Assembly (NCBI GenBank): GCA_963842525.1
Contig: CAWJGT010000003.1
Location: 1,376,001 to 1,440,000, forward strand
Direction of reading: 5' to 3'
Source: an uncultured Holophagales bacterium
GTDB taxonomy: Bacteria; Acidobacteriota; Thermoanaerobaculia; Multivoradales; UBA5704
Length of the DNA stretch: 64,000 nucleotides
This document shows positions 9,368-21,203 of this stretch, piece after piece; the first letter of the stretch is position 1, and every line of letters starts with the position of its first letter. The notes under the pieces were generated by a model. It was not told the DNA's origin. It did not search any database and saw only the letters and a program-made list of their open reading frames with translations. The translations under genes were made by a program, and so were the position numbers.

Positions 9368-10559
9368 ATGAGCCCGGACACCGGCCATGCCGCCGACCGT
9401 CCGCTTCTTCCGGAGACCCTACGGAGAGCGAGGCGCGGTATCGCGCCTTGGCCGAAGCCTCCAGCCAGGCGGTCTGGTTCTGGGACCCCGCGACCGGCAT
9501 GGGAGAGTTCGACGCCACCCAGCGTTGGTGGGAGGAGGTCACCGGGCAGAGCCCGGCGGATCAGTCGGCGCGGGATTCGCTGGGATGGCTCGACCGGGTC
9601 CATCCGGAGGACCGGGAGCAGGCCCAGGCCGCCTGGGTGGGCGCGCTGGCGAGCGGCATCCCCTATGACATCGAGTACCGCATCATGGCGCGGACCGGCG
9701 ACCTCCGGGTGGTGCAGGCGCGCGCCGTGGCGGTCCGCGGGCCCGAGGGCGAGGTGAAGGAGTGGGTTGGCACCCTGAGTGACGTCACCGAGCAGCGCCG
9801 GGTGGAGCAGGTGCTCAAGGAGGCCGATCGTCGCAAGGACGAGTTCCTGGCCATGCTGGCCCACGAGCTGCGCAATCCCCTGACCCCGATCCGCAACGCC
9901 GCGGAGATGCTGCGCTGGGTCGGCAGCTCCGACCCTGGCCTGCAGCAGGCGTGCAGCATGATCGAGCGCCAGGTCGTCCACATGGCCCGGCTGGTGGACG
10001 ACCTGCTGGACGTCTCGCGGATCTCCCGGAACAAGATCTTCCTGCGCAGGAGCAGCTCGACCTGGCCCTGCTCGTTCGCGTCACTGCCGTGGACCATCGC
10101 CGTCTGATTGAAGACGGCGGCCTGACGCTCGTCCTGGAGCTGCCGGCGGAGCCCGTCTGTCTGCAGGGCGATCCGACGCGGCTGTCGCAGGTCCTGGGCA
10201 ACCTGCTGCACAACGCCGCCAAGTTCACCAATCCAGGGGGGTGCGTGAGCATCCGCCTGAGCCAGGAACCCGAGGGTCTGGCCGTGCTCGCTGTGGAGGA
10301 CACGGGGATCGGCATGGAGCCGGAGATCCTGGCGCGGCTGTTCGAGCCGTTCAGCCAGGCGGACCGCAGCCTGGACCGGAGCCAGGGAGGCCTGGGCCTC
10401 GGCCTCGCCCTGGTCAAGGCCCTGGTCGAGCTGCATGGCGGCAGCGTGCAGGCGGCGAGCGGCGGGGCTGGAAAGGGCTCGCGGATCACGGTCCGCCTGC
10501 CGAGGCTCCCTCCGGCCACGCCCGCTGCTGCGCCTCCGTCGCCTCCCAGTGAGCCTTGA
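9368..10559 (+). CDS. PAS-domain sensor histidine kinase (frameshifts near 9422 and 10048)
   Basis: PAS: [11 protein letters not shown]-box: [14 protein letters not shown]. HATPase: [26 protein letters not shown]. Pieces lie in three frames. Confidence 0.85.
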
Positions 10560-11686
10560 GCTCGGCCATGGAGTCGCCGCCGAGCTTTTCGAGGAAGGCG
10601 TCGGCGAGGACGAGGGCGACCATGGCCTCGGCGATGACCCCGGCGGCGGGCAGGGCGGTGACGTCGCTCCGCTCGTACTGCGAGGTCTGCGCCTCCATGG
10701 TGTCGAGGTCGACGCTGGGCATCCCTTTCCGCAGGGTCGAGATCGGCTTCTTGTAGGCGGTGATCACCACGTCCTGGCCGTTGGTGACTCCGCCTTCGAG
10801 GCCGCCGGCGCGGTTGGTCGGCCGCACCCACCGCCCCTGCTCATCCCGTTCGATCGCATCGTGCGCCGCGCTGCCGAAGCCTTGCGAGGCCGGGATGCCG
10901 CCGCCGATCTCCACCGCCTTGACGGCGTGGATCGACATCACGGCCTGGGCGAGCCGGCCGTCGAGCTTCTCGTCCCACTGCACGTGCGAGCCGAGCCCGA
11001 CCGGCACGTTGTGGGCGATCACGGTCACCGCGCCGCCCAGCGTGTCCCCCTCGTCCTGGGCGCGGTCGACGAGCCTCACCATCTCTTCTTCGAGAGAGCG
11101 GTCGATCGCCCGCAGCGGCGAGGAGTCGTCGACCCTGAGGAGGTCATCCCAGGTGGGAACCGGACGGTCGGCGCCGATCGGACCCAGGGAGCGGACGCCG
11201 CTGCGGATCTCGACGCCGAATTCCCCGAGCAGCATGCGGGCGAAGGAGCCGGCCGCCACCCGCGCGGTCGTCTCGCGCGCCGAGGCCCGTTCGAGCACGT
11301 CGCGCAGGTCATGCCGCAGGTATTTGATGCCGCCCGCAAGATCGGTATGCCCCGGCCGTGGCGAATGGACCCGCCGCTGCTCGGCCCGTCTGGGATCGAC
11401 CTCGACGGGGCTCATCATCGGCTCCCAGTTCGACGTAGTCGCGGTTGGCGATCCAGAGGACCAGTGGGCTGCCGAGGGTCTCGCCGCCGCGCACGCCGCC
11501 GCGGATCTCGGCCGTGTCCTTCTCGATCTTCATCCGGTTGCCGCGTCCATACCCATGCTGCCGCCGGGCAAGGTCGCGGGCGAGGAGATCGAAGTCGACC
11601 CGCAGTCCGGCCGGCAGGCCGGTGAGGATCGCGGTGAGGCCCGGCCCGTGGCTCTCGCCGCCGGTGGTCAGATGCAGCCGGCGCAT
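10486..11686 (-). CDS. aroC: Chorismate synthase (frameshift near 11425)
   Basis: [62 protein letters not shown]. Confidence 0.93.
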
Positions 11687-11866
11687 GCGGGGGAGGATAT
11701 CAGGGGAAGGGCAGTCGCTCGCTGTGAGTTAGACTGCAAGCGTGATCTCCTCTGAGGCCTTGAAACCAGCGCTGACCCGGTACTTCGAGGAGCATCCGTC
11801 GAGGAGTTTGCCGATGCCGTCCGCAGGTTGGAGGCGTCGTAGAAGATACGCGATACAATTTCCGCA

Positions 11867-14800
11867 ATGCCGGAGCCCCACGCGGCCTTCCTCAGCTACG
11901 CCCACCAGCATGAAGCGTGGGTGAGGACGCTGCACGCCAACCTGGAGCGGTGCCTCGCCTATCTCGGGCGGCCGGGAAGGGTGTTCCTGGATCAGGTGGA
12001 CCTGGGTGCCGGCCGTTCCTGGGTGGGCCAGCTTCAGGCGGGGCTCGAGAAAGCCGACCGGTTGATCCTGGTGGCGACCCCGGAAGCGCTCGCTTCGCCC
12101 CGCGTCGCGGACGAATGGGAAACCTTCATCGCCCGGCGACGCGACTGGCGGCAGGGGAACCTCCAGGTCGTCCTGCTGGTCAATGCGCCCCTGCCGCCTT
12201 TCCTGGATAGCGTCCAGCGGGTGGATTTCCGGCGCGGCGGCGAAGCGCAATACCGCCGTGCGCTGCAGGAGCTGCTGTCGGGGCTCCTCGGCCAGGAAGA
12301 CAGGCGCGGCCTTCCGGCGCTCTCGCCAGAAATCGAGGTCCCGTCGCCACCCGATCCCGGGTTGCCCGGGGAGCTGCGGGGTCGATTGGTGGCCTGGCTG
12401 GCTCCGGTGCTGGCGGACAAGGTGGATCGCCGGGCCATCGCGAGCGAGCTCGGCCTGGGCCGCAATGCTCTCGAAGACCACCCGTCTTTCGAATATGCCG
12501 CCTCGGCGGCCCTGGTCCTGGCCACGGGGAAGGATGATCCGGTCCAGGCTGCTCTGCGCATCCTCGGCGTCCTGGCCGAGCTTTTCGAGGAAAGAGCGGA
12601 GCGGGTGGAGCAGTTGGCCGTCTTTCGCGCCGAGCTCGAAGAGCTGCGCGGCGCCGGCCCCGAGCGCGGCCTTCTACGCGTCTACCTGGAGGCGGTCGAT
12701 CGGGACCATGCGGAGCTGGTGCCCTATTTTCAGCGTCAGGCCGAGCTGGCCTTGCTCGACCGGGTCTATGTGCAGCTCGAGCTGCGGCCCGAAGAGCGCG
12801 GATTTGCCGCGCGGGAGGGGACCGGCGGGGAGCTTCTCCAGCCGATGGGCCTGCGGGAGCTGTTGGACCTCGATCCGGCGGAGCATCGCTGGGTCACCCG
12901 CCGCTGGGTGGTGCGGGGCGATCCGGGAGCGGGCAAGACGACGCTCCTGCGGCATCTCGCCGCCGCCCTGGCAAGGGAAGAAAAGGAGAATCCGCGTCCG
13001 CGCCGGGTGCCGGTCTTCGAATCCCTGCCGCGTCTGGTCCGGGAGCCCGACCTGCTGCTGAACCGGCTGGCCCGCCGGCTGGAGCGCGCCGGGCATCCGG
13101 CCCAGGGGCTCCAGGCCGTGCTCGACCGGGCGGGGCAAGAGGGGAGGCTCGTCCTCCTCTTCGACGGCCTGGACGAGGTGCCGAAAGAGGAGCGCGATGA
13201 GGCGGAGAAGATGCTGCGCGACGTTGCCGCCCGCTGGCCGTCCTCCACGCTCGTCGTCACCACCCGCCCCATTGGCTACCGCCGGCTCGGCTATGAGCTC
13301 CTGGAGCTGGACCTCCTGCCGCTCGATGCCGGCCGCCGGCGGGAGTTCCTCGCCCGCTGGTTCGGCCGGCGTGCCGGCGCGCTCGACTTCGCGCGCGCCG
13401 GCCGGGAGCTGCCGGTCCTGGAAGACGACCCCGGGCTGCGTGAGCTGGCGGGCAACCCGCTCTACCTCACCCTGATGGCGCTGCTGTTGGAGAAGGGGAC
13501 CGCACCCGACCGCAACCGCACCCGGCTTTACGACCAGGTCTTCGAGCTGTTGCTCGAAGGCAAGCACCGCCCCGACGGCGAGCCGATCGACTGCCAGGCC
13601 GGCGTGCAGGAGGTCCTGCGCCATCTCGGCTACGCCATGACGCGGGACAACCGGGACGCCGAGCCGGTGGCCGCCCTGGAGGCCCGCCTCTACCAGCCGG
13701 AGGCCGACCGCCTGCGCGAGCCCCTCGAACGCGTCCCCCGCTGGCGGGCAAGCCTGCGGCCCTTCCTCGACGATCTGTCGCGCAAGACCGGCATCCTCGG
13801 CCCTCACGACGGTCCGGACGCCGACTGGCGCTTCTGGCACCGCACTTTCCGCGAGGCGTTGGCCGCCGAGCGGCTCGAACAGACCGCCCGGGATGAGGGA
13901 ATGGAGGCCGTCCTGGCGCTCGCCCGCGAGGTCGCCGGCGACGAGAGCCGTTGGGCCGAGCCCTTCGCCCTGCTCACCGGCCGGATCGCCGACCCGGACG
14001 GCCTCGTCCGTGCCCTGGTCGAGGCCAACCGCTCGCTCGGCCTGCGCGCCCTCGCCACGGCCCCGGAGCTGCGGCCCGAGACCCTCACGGCGGTCCTCGC
14101 CCTCAGCGAGAAATGGCAGGAGAGGGCCGAGGTCTACCGCCGCCTCCCCGAGCTCGTCGGCGACCCGGAGCGCGCCCTGGCCCTCCTCGACCGGCTGCGC
14201 CGGCGGACCCGCAAAGGCAACGACCTCTACTTCCTGGACCTCGCCGTGCGCTCCGCTAGCGAGCGCTGGCCGGACCACGCCCGGAAGGCCGCCGACCTTC
14301 TCGGCCGGTTCTACGACCACGTCCCTCCGCCATCGGACGACCTCTTCCAGTGGATCGACACGCCCCTCGACGGCCGGGTCCCCCTGTGGCGGGAGATCCC
14401 GGCCGGCCGGTTCTGGATGGGAAGCCCGGAGGGGGAAGGGGACAACGACGAACGTCCCCGCCACGAGGTGGTGCTCACCACGCCTTTCCGGATCGGCGCG
14501 GTGCCGGTCACCAACGCGCAGTACGCGGCCTTCGACCCGGAGCATCAGGCGACTCCGTGGGAAGGGGTCTCTGCGGCCGAGCTACGTTTCCATCCCGCCG
14601 AGAGCGTTACGTGGTTTGCGGCTACCTCGTTCTGCCGCTGGCTTGCCGCGCACGCCCCCTGGGCGCGCGGCGCCCGGTTGCCGCTGGAAGAGGAATGGGA
14701 GCACGCCTGCCGTGCCGGCACCGAGACTCGGTACTGGAGCGGAGACGACGAAGCCGGCCTGGAACGTGTCGGGTGGTACGACAGCCAATTCCGAAAACCG

Positions 14801-15133
14801 GGCGCATCACGTTGGGGAAAAGCCGGCGAACGCCTGGGGCCTCTACGACGTACACGGCAATGTGTGGGAGTGGACGGCGAGCCTGTTCACCGCAGCAGTA
14901 CGAAGTCCCCGAAGGTGGGGTCCTCGTTGATCCCGCGGCCGTCGAGCCGCCTCTTGAGACCGAGCCCAGCGGCGCGAGGCGCGTGATGCGTGGTGGGAGC
15001 TCTTGGGATTGACGCAGGCTGGACGCGTGCGGCGTGTCGCGACGTCGGGGACCCGGGCAACGAGTTCGGGAACCAGGGCTTTCGCGTTCTGCTCCCCGGC
15101 GCCCCGAGCTTCTGGCCAAGGCATAGATCTTAG
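11867..15133 (+). CDS. TIR - NACHT NTPase - FGE/SUMF1 domain protein (NLR-like); frameshifts in the last ~350 bp
   Basis: TIR: AFLSYAH...VFLDQ...ASPRVADEW. NACHT: GDPGAGKTT, LLFDGLDEV, GNPLYL, FWHRTFRE. FGE: FWMGS, PVTNAQY, RLPLEEEWE, NAWGLYDVHGNVWEW, RGGS, GFRV. Joined frame ends at TAG 15131-15133. Confidence 0.85.
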
Positions 15134-15207
15134 ATCATAGAGGGTGTGTTCTATGCGGCCGGCACGGCAGCCGGCGGCAAGAATCGACCCTTTGCTGCCG
15201 TTTTCTT

Positions 15208-15318
15208 CCTGGGAGCGCGGGCGTCCCGCCCGCCCGGACTTCCATCGACCGGTGCGTTGCGCCAGCCCAACGCCGCCCCGAGCCCGTGGAGGGCGGGCGG
15301 GACGCCCGCGCTCCCAGG
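15208..15318. repeat. REP-like inverted repeat pair
   Basis: CCTGGGAGCGCGGGCGTCCCGCCCGCCC (15208-15235) and its exact reverse complement (15291-15318). Confidence 0.85.
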
Positions 15319-15404
15319 GAAAAACGGCTCGGTCAAGAGGCTTGTCACAGCCCCAAAGGCACGGTCGCTCGGCCAAAGACACGTGGCGCGGACTCTGCGT
15401 CACC

Positions 15405-15713
15405 TGCCTCGGTGGCTCCGTCATTGCCGCAGAGCCAACGGCACGTGCCTCTGGCTCTCCGTCACTGCCTTTGGCTCTCCGTCACGACCGGAGCGCCAGA
15501 GGCTTTAGCCGGAGCTTCATTGAACCGTGCCTTTGGGGCTCCGTCACTGCCGCAGAGCCAAAGGTCGTGCCTTTGGCTCTCCGTCACGACCGGAAAGCCA
15601 GAGGCTTTAGCCGGAGCTTCATTGAACCGTGCCTTTGGGGCTCCGTCACTGCCGCAAAGCCAAAGGTCGTGCCTTTGGCTCTCCGTCACTGCCTTTGGCT
15701 CTCCGTCACGACC
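15405..15713. repeat. Tandem repeat: 102-bp unit (~2.3 copies) built around a recurring ~19-bp motif
   Basis: Units start at 15467, 15569 and 15671. GCCTYKG..CTCCGTCA motif at 15405, 15447, 15467, 15529, 15569, 15631, 15671, 15691. Confidence 0.85.
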
Positions 15714-15745
15714 GCTGCCACACGTGCCCTTGTCCCTGAGCAAGG

Positions 15746-18700
15746 TCAGGGGGCGGCTTGCTCCTGAGCCGCCCCACCCTTCCGTTTCCGCGCCGCCCGC
15801 GACTTGTAGAGCTGGGAGAGGAAGCTGTAGATCACCATCTCGTGGGCGCGCGCTGCCGAGCGGATCATCCGGTTGAGGTGCATGTGCACGTAGCTGGGGG
15901 CCATCTCGGCGACGGAGGAGGTCAGGCGGCCTTCGGCTTCCAGGCGCTGCGAGCTCGGCTACGATCGGGGCGAAGGCCTGGGAGCGGCGGTGGAGCACTT
16001 CGAGGCCCGGAGCGAACGGGCTCTCGGCGTCGTTCTGCCGGATCGAGGAGCGCGTGCAGGCTGCGGCTCTCGCCGCGGAGCTTCTGGTCGAGCTGGACGC
16101 GCAGGCCCTTGCCGCCGCGGAACTCGCGCTGGAAGGAACGCCTCCATGCCCTCCATGGCCTGGGCCTTGGCCTCCTCGGACGAGCCCGAGGTCGGCGAGC
16201 AGCATGTCCGTGCCGCGCAGGGCGATGCGCCAGCGCGCGTCCGCGCCTTCGTCCCCTTCGATCATCTCGACGATTTCGAGGACCGCCTCGCTGTCGATCT
16301 GGAAAAGGCGCTCGGAGAGGGCGATCCCCTCGGCGCCGCCGTAGCGCTCGATCTCGCGCTCGTAGGTATCGAGCTGGAGCTTCCACAGGCGGCCGTCGGC
16401 GAGCAGCGGAGCGAGCGCGTCGTCGATCGCCGGCAGGACCTCGGTCTGCAGCCGGCCGGGGTCGCCGTGGAAGCGGACGCGCAGGTGCCACTCGGGATCG
16501 CCGTAGCGGATGAAGAACCAGGAGTCGGCCGCGCCCGTGCCGAGGACCGTCGCGGATCACCGGCGCCAGGGCCTCGACAGCAGGAGCGGTCGGCCGTGGA
16601 GGTGCCGGTGTAGAGCTTGGCGTAGAGCCACTCCGAGCCCGGAGGGAAGGAGCGGCAGACGGCCGGCGGAGCGGACGGGCGCGCAGCCCGGCGCCGGACG
16701 TCCTGCCGTGCCGGAGCCGCCTGCGGGACTCGCGTACGAAGGGGATCAGCGATCTCGTGGACGAAGCGCCCTTCGGGCCCGCGGGCGCAGAGCCGGTCGG
16801 GCACCGGGGAAGGCCTCCAGGAGCCGCGCCCGGTCGCGGTCCTCGACCACGTCGAGGAAGGTCTCGATCGAGAGCACGTTGTCGAAGTCGACCAGCAGCT
16901 CGTTGTCGCCGTCCGCGAGGCTGGCGAGGCGGGGCAGCCCGCGCCGCTGCCGCCACTCCTGGACGGCCGTGAAGCGTGCGGCCCCCTTGGCGGCCACGAG
17001 CTGCCTTGATCTCGTCGCCGGTCATCCACCAGCTGGCGCGGGTGAGGACCAGGCGGCCGGCGCGGACCCGCGGCAGGAACGGAGCGTTTTCCAGCGGACC
17101 CCAGCTCCAGCCGGCGCCGCCCTGGACGCCCTGGCTCTGCAACATGCAGAGGAAGCGGTAGATCCCCGAGGCTGCCGAACCGGTAGTTGTGCGCGCTGGT
17201 CAGCCGCGGGATGACCTCCTTGCCCAGGCGCTGCGAGCGGAGGACGACCCGCGAGCCGGCGACTCCAACCATCAGGTCGGTGATCGGGATCTGCTTCTCC
17301 AGCGGCGCGGCGGAGCGCCCGAGGAACGGGATCTCGTGCTCGCGCAGGACCGGCCGCGAGAGGATGTTGCCGATCCGCCCCTGCGGCAGGTGGACGACCT
17401 CGGCGAAGATCGCGTCGGGGCGGAAGCGCCTCCTCGGCGCGGAGGTGCTCCTCGACCCGGCGGTGAAGCGCGGGGTCGGCGTGGCAGAAGCGCCCCAGCA
17501 GGCGGGCGCCGGAGGGGCCGACGGCGCCGCTCGAGCAGCACCTCGAAGTCGCCGGCGGCGAGCGCCTCCTCGCGAGTCGGCCGCGATGGTGGCCATGACC
17601 TGGAAGGCGTCGGCGAGAGGGGGGAGCGGTCGGCGGGCTCCTCGTCGCGCGGCGGGGGCGCCAGGCGATCGAAGTCCTGCGGCGGTGAGGTCGATCTCCC
17701 GTCCGCCCGCGGCCAGGGCTTCGCTCAGCCGGGTGAGCAGGAAGCTCTCGCGCGTCCCCCAGGTGACCTGCGGCTCGGCGGCCGGCGCGGCGAACGCGAT
17801 CCCGCGGAGCAGCGGGGAGGCCTCGGCGCCGGCGTCGTACGAGCTCTCGTAAGCCGATGCCGATCTCCTCGTCCAGCGCCTCGAGCGAGCGGCACCTCAC
17901 GGTGCTCGCCGTAGCGCTCGGTGAAGTCCTTGCGGAAGCGCCTCGAGCTGCTCGGTCCGGCGTGCCGCGAGCCGGCGCAGGAGGCCGATGCCGCGCACGA
18001 CCTCGTCGAGCACGGCCTCGCCGAGCACCGGGTGGTCCGCCGGCTTGATCATGTCGAGCTGGAACAGGCGCGCCATCTCGACCGGGGTCGGCAGCTCTTC
18101 GAGGTCGGTCGGCGATCTCCCGGTAGCGGTCGGGCGGCGCGCCCGGCCCGCCGGCGTCGAGGCCGGCCAGGACGTCCCGCGCCTCGTGCCAGGCGCTCGG
18201 CCGCCGGAGCGCCGCCCTCGGAGCCGGCCGAGCTGGTCGATCAGGTCGTGGATCGCTTCCGGCCCGGTCACCGGCGGCGACAGGTCGGAGACCAGGAGCT
18301 GGCTGTCGATCAGCTCGATGATGAACTCGGTCGCCTCCTCGGGGGAGACCTCGCCGTCCGGGTCGAATTCGACCAGCGCCGCCGCCAGCTCGGCGATGCG
18401 CGCTCCGCCGCTGGCGCGGCGCAGGGCCTCCTCCAGATAGTCGGTCGGGTCGACGGCCACCAGGTGGTGCGAGCGGATCTTGCGTTCCAGCCGCGCCTCG
18501 GCATAGCGCAGCCGGCCGCCGGCCTGGTAGAGGCTGGAGTTGGGCCGGTAGACGAGCTGCTGGCGCAGCGCCGAGGTCGCGGCCCAGGTCCTCGCAGAGG
18601 GCGAAGAGGTAGTCCATGTCGAGCCGCGTGTGGCGCTCGTAGGAGGCCCGGGGCCCGACGATCAGCCGCGTCGGCGCATCGGGCGCCGGATCGATCTCGC

Positions 18701-19089
18701 CGAGCGAGCAGCCGGAGAAGAGGCCGAAGGGGGTGGCGCGGGCCGCCATGCGGTAGACGTAGCGCACCAGCGCCCGCTCGGCGCGCTGCCCCTTCTTGCT
18801 GTCCGGCTGCGCGCGCCAGAGCGCCAGGCTCTCGGACAGGGACGGGCGAGGCGAGGAACAGGGCCTCGAGGACCTCCGGCCGTTCGGCCAGTGCGCGCAG
18901 GCGGGTGCGCAGCCGCTCGCGGTCGGCGGACACGGCGCGCTCCATCTCGTCCGGGTCGCCGGAGGCGAAGGCAGCCGGCGCTTCGAGGCCCTGGCTCCAG
19001 GCCTCCAGGTCCTCGTAGGGGAGCAGCGGCGTCCGGAAGACGAAGAAGCCGGATGGCCGGATATCGGGAGCTGGCTCAGGCGTCGGCAC
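15746..19089 (-). CDS. lanB: Class I lanthipeptide dehydratase LanB (glutamylation plus elimination domains), many frameshifts
   Basis: [93 protein letters not shown], spread over several frames. GTG start 19089, TGA 15746. Confidence 0.85.
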
Positions 19090-19124
19090 GACCGCAGGAA
19101 GATAACATGGGGGAAAGCACGGTT

Positions 19125-20586
19125 TCAGCGGTGGAAATCGATGAAACCCCGTTCCACGTCCACATGGACGAGGCGGACGCGCACCCGGTCGCCGACGTCG
19201 AGCCCCTGCCAGCCGCGCTCCAGCTTCCCTTCGACCGGCGGGCGCAGGACGCGCACCCAGGTCCCCTTCTCGGAGGCGCCGGTCACAATCCCGTCGAAGC
19301 TCTGACCCACCCGTGGCTCGAGCAGCAGGGCGGCTGCCGACTTGCGGACCTGGCGCTCGACCTTGTTGGCGTCGTCTTCCCGCAGCGTGCAGTGCCGGGC
19401 CAGCTCTTCGAGCTCGGCGGCGTCGTAGGGCGCAGGGCCGGCCGGCGAGCGCCGCATGGAGCAGGCGTTGGGTGATCAGGTCGGGATAGCGCCGGTTGGG
19501 AGCCGTGGCGTGCGTGTAGTCGTCGGCCGCGAGGCCGAAGTGGCCGGGGCTCGGCTGGCCGGGGAGGTCGACGGTGTATTCGCCCGAGCCGAGCAGCTTG
19601 AGGACCGCGAGGGAGAGGTCCTCGAAGCGGTCGGGGTCGGCCTTGTGGCGCTCGTGCAGGAAAAGGTTGAGGGCTGCCGCGTCGGGCTCGTCCGGCAGCC
19701 GGCCGCCGTGCTCGGCCGCGACCTCGACGATGCGCGGCCAGCGCTTCGGCGAGCGCACGACGCGGCGCAAGGACGGCAGGCCGCGGGATTCGAGGAAGCC
19801 GGCGGTCGCGCTGTTGGCGGCGATCATGAAGTCCTCGATCAGCTCCTTGGCGCGGTTCTTCCGCTCCGCGGCGAGGTCGGTGATCGTGTCGCCGTCGAAG
19901 ACCGGGCGGCTCTCGGCGCGGTCGAGCTCCAGGGCGCCCCGCTCATGCCGCCGCCGCCGCAGCCGGCCGGCGGCCTCGTCGTGGATGCGGAGCTGCTCCT
20001 CGATCCCGGCCACCTCGCCTGCCCGCTCGGGCAGGGGGCCGGCGTCCTCCAGCCAGGCGCCGACGGCGTTGTAGGTCAGCTTGGCCTTGTTGTGTACCCG
20101 CGCCGGGTAGACCTCCACGCCGTCGACCGAGCCGTCCGCGGCGACCCCGAGCTCGACCACCATGGCCAGGCGGTCCTCCCCTTCGTGCAATGAGGTAAGA
20201 CCGGTCGACAGCTCCAACGGGAGCATGGGGAAGATGCGGGCCGGGGTGTAGACCGAGGTGGTGTTATGGGAGGCGTGCCGGTCGATGGCCGATCCCCGGG
20301 CGACGAGCGTGGCCACGTCGGCGATCGCCACCCGGACCCGGAGCACTCCGCCGTCCCGCGGCTCCGGTTCGGCCACGGTGAGCTGGTCGAGGTCGCGCGT
20401 GTCGTCGTTGTCGATCGAGAACCAGAGGAGGTCGCGCAGGTCGCGGGCCGCGGGTCCTGCCTCCCCCGCATGGTTTGCCACGATCTCCCGCACCTCGGCC
20501 TTGACCGGGGCGGAAAAGTCGGGCTCCAGCCCGCGTTGGATCATCACACGGTGGGCGATCTCCGCCAGGTCGTGCCGGTTCCTCAT
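19125..20586 (-). CDS. RNB-domain exoribonuclease (RNase II/R family) with C-terminal S1-like domain; frameshift near 19450
   Basis: [26 protein letters not shown]...[14 protein letters not shown], then [23 protein letters not shown]. Confidence 0.88.
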
Positions 20587-20603
20587 GGCGGGAGCTTAGC
20601 ATC

Positions 20604-21128
20604 TCACCCCCCGGGGGGTAGGGAGGGTGGCCCTGGGAGCGCTGGCGCTCCCAGGGGTTCCTCCGGCGCAAAGGAGCCAGGTGTGAACCCTGGGCGAGGG
20701 ACTTGGGCGGAGCTCACCTGGGTGGCGAGGAGCCTGGACACGTCGTGTCCGCGGTTTTTGAGGAGCATGGCTGCCTGTGCCCGGATCAACATTATCCGCT
20801 CGTACTCGTGGATGAGCTTTGCGCGAGTGGCGTCTTTGGCTGGGCTCAGCCCTTCATCACGCTGCCTGGCGTGCAGGGCTTCGAGCTCCTGGCTCGCCTC
20901 TGGGGATATCGCCGTCCTGGCAAGGAGCCAGAGCTGTTCGTCATCGAGCTTCTCAAGCCCCTCGACAGCCTCGATGAGCTCAGGCGAGAGCTCGTCTCCC
21001 ACCGAGGCTGCGGACGCCACCGCGTCCAGGATCTCAGTTTCAAGGCTACGGTGGCTCCATTCCGCACGCTGCCGGAAGCGATTGTAGAGGGTTTCCGGCA
21101 GATGAATGGTGATGGCGTGGGCTGACAT
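20604..21128 (-). CDS. Putative ribbon-helix-helix antitoxin-like protein
   Basis: ITIHLPETLYNRFRQRA...RSLE (RHH pattern), LDDEQLW, LIRAQAAMLLKNRGHD, then a low-complexity tail. Confidence 0.6.
   Translation of the reverse strand: MSAHAITIHLPETLYNRFRQRAEWSHRSLETEILDAVASAASVGDELSPELIEAVEGLEKLDDEQLWLLARTAISPEASQELEALHARQRDEGLSPAKDATRAKLIHEYERIMLIRAQAAMLLKNRGHDVSRLLATQVSSAQVPRPGFTPGSFAPEEPLGAPALPGPPSLPPGG
20631..20656. repeat. Collapsed REP-like hairpin
   Basis: CCCTGGGAGCGC-TG-GCGCTCCCAGGG. The arms match the outer ends of the 15208-15318 element. Confidence 0.7.
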
Positions 21129-21203
21129 GGCTCCGGCTCCTGCGCGACCGTTTGGCACCCTGGCATCCTAACACGGCCATCCGAGACGCCAGGGGGCGGG
21201 CCC

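Noticed and set aside
15405-15713. Possible CRISPR array
   Set aside because: The intervening sequences are themselves duplicated, the spacing is irregular, and no cas genes are present.
18310-20586. Apparent RNase II-LanB fusion in the 758-aa ORF
   Set aside because: Caused by a frameshift near 19450. The RNase C-terminus continues in another frame to a stop at 19125.
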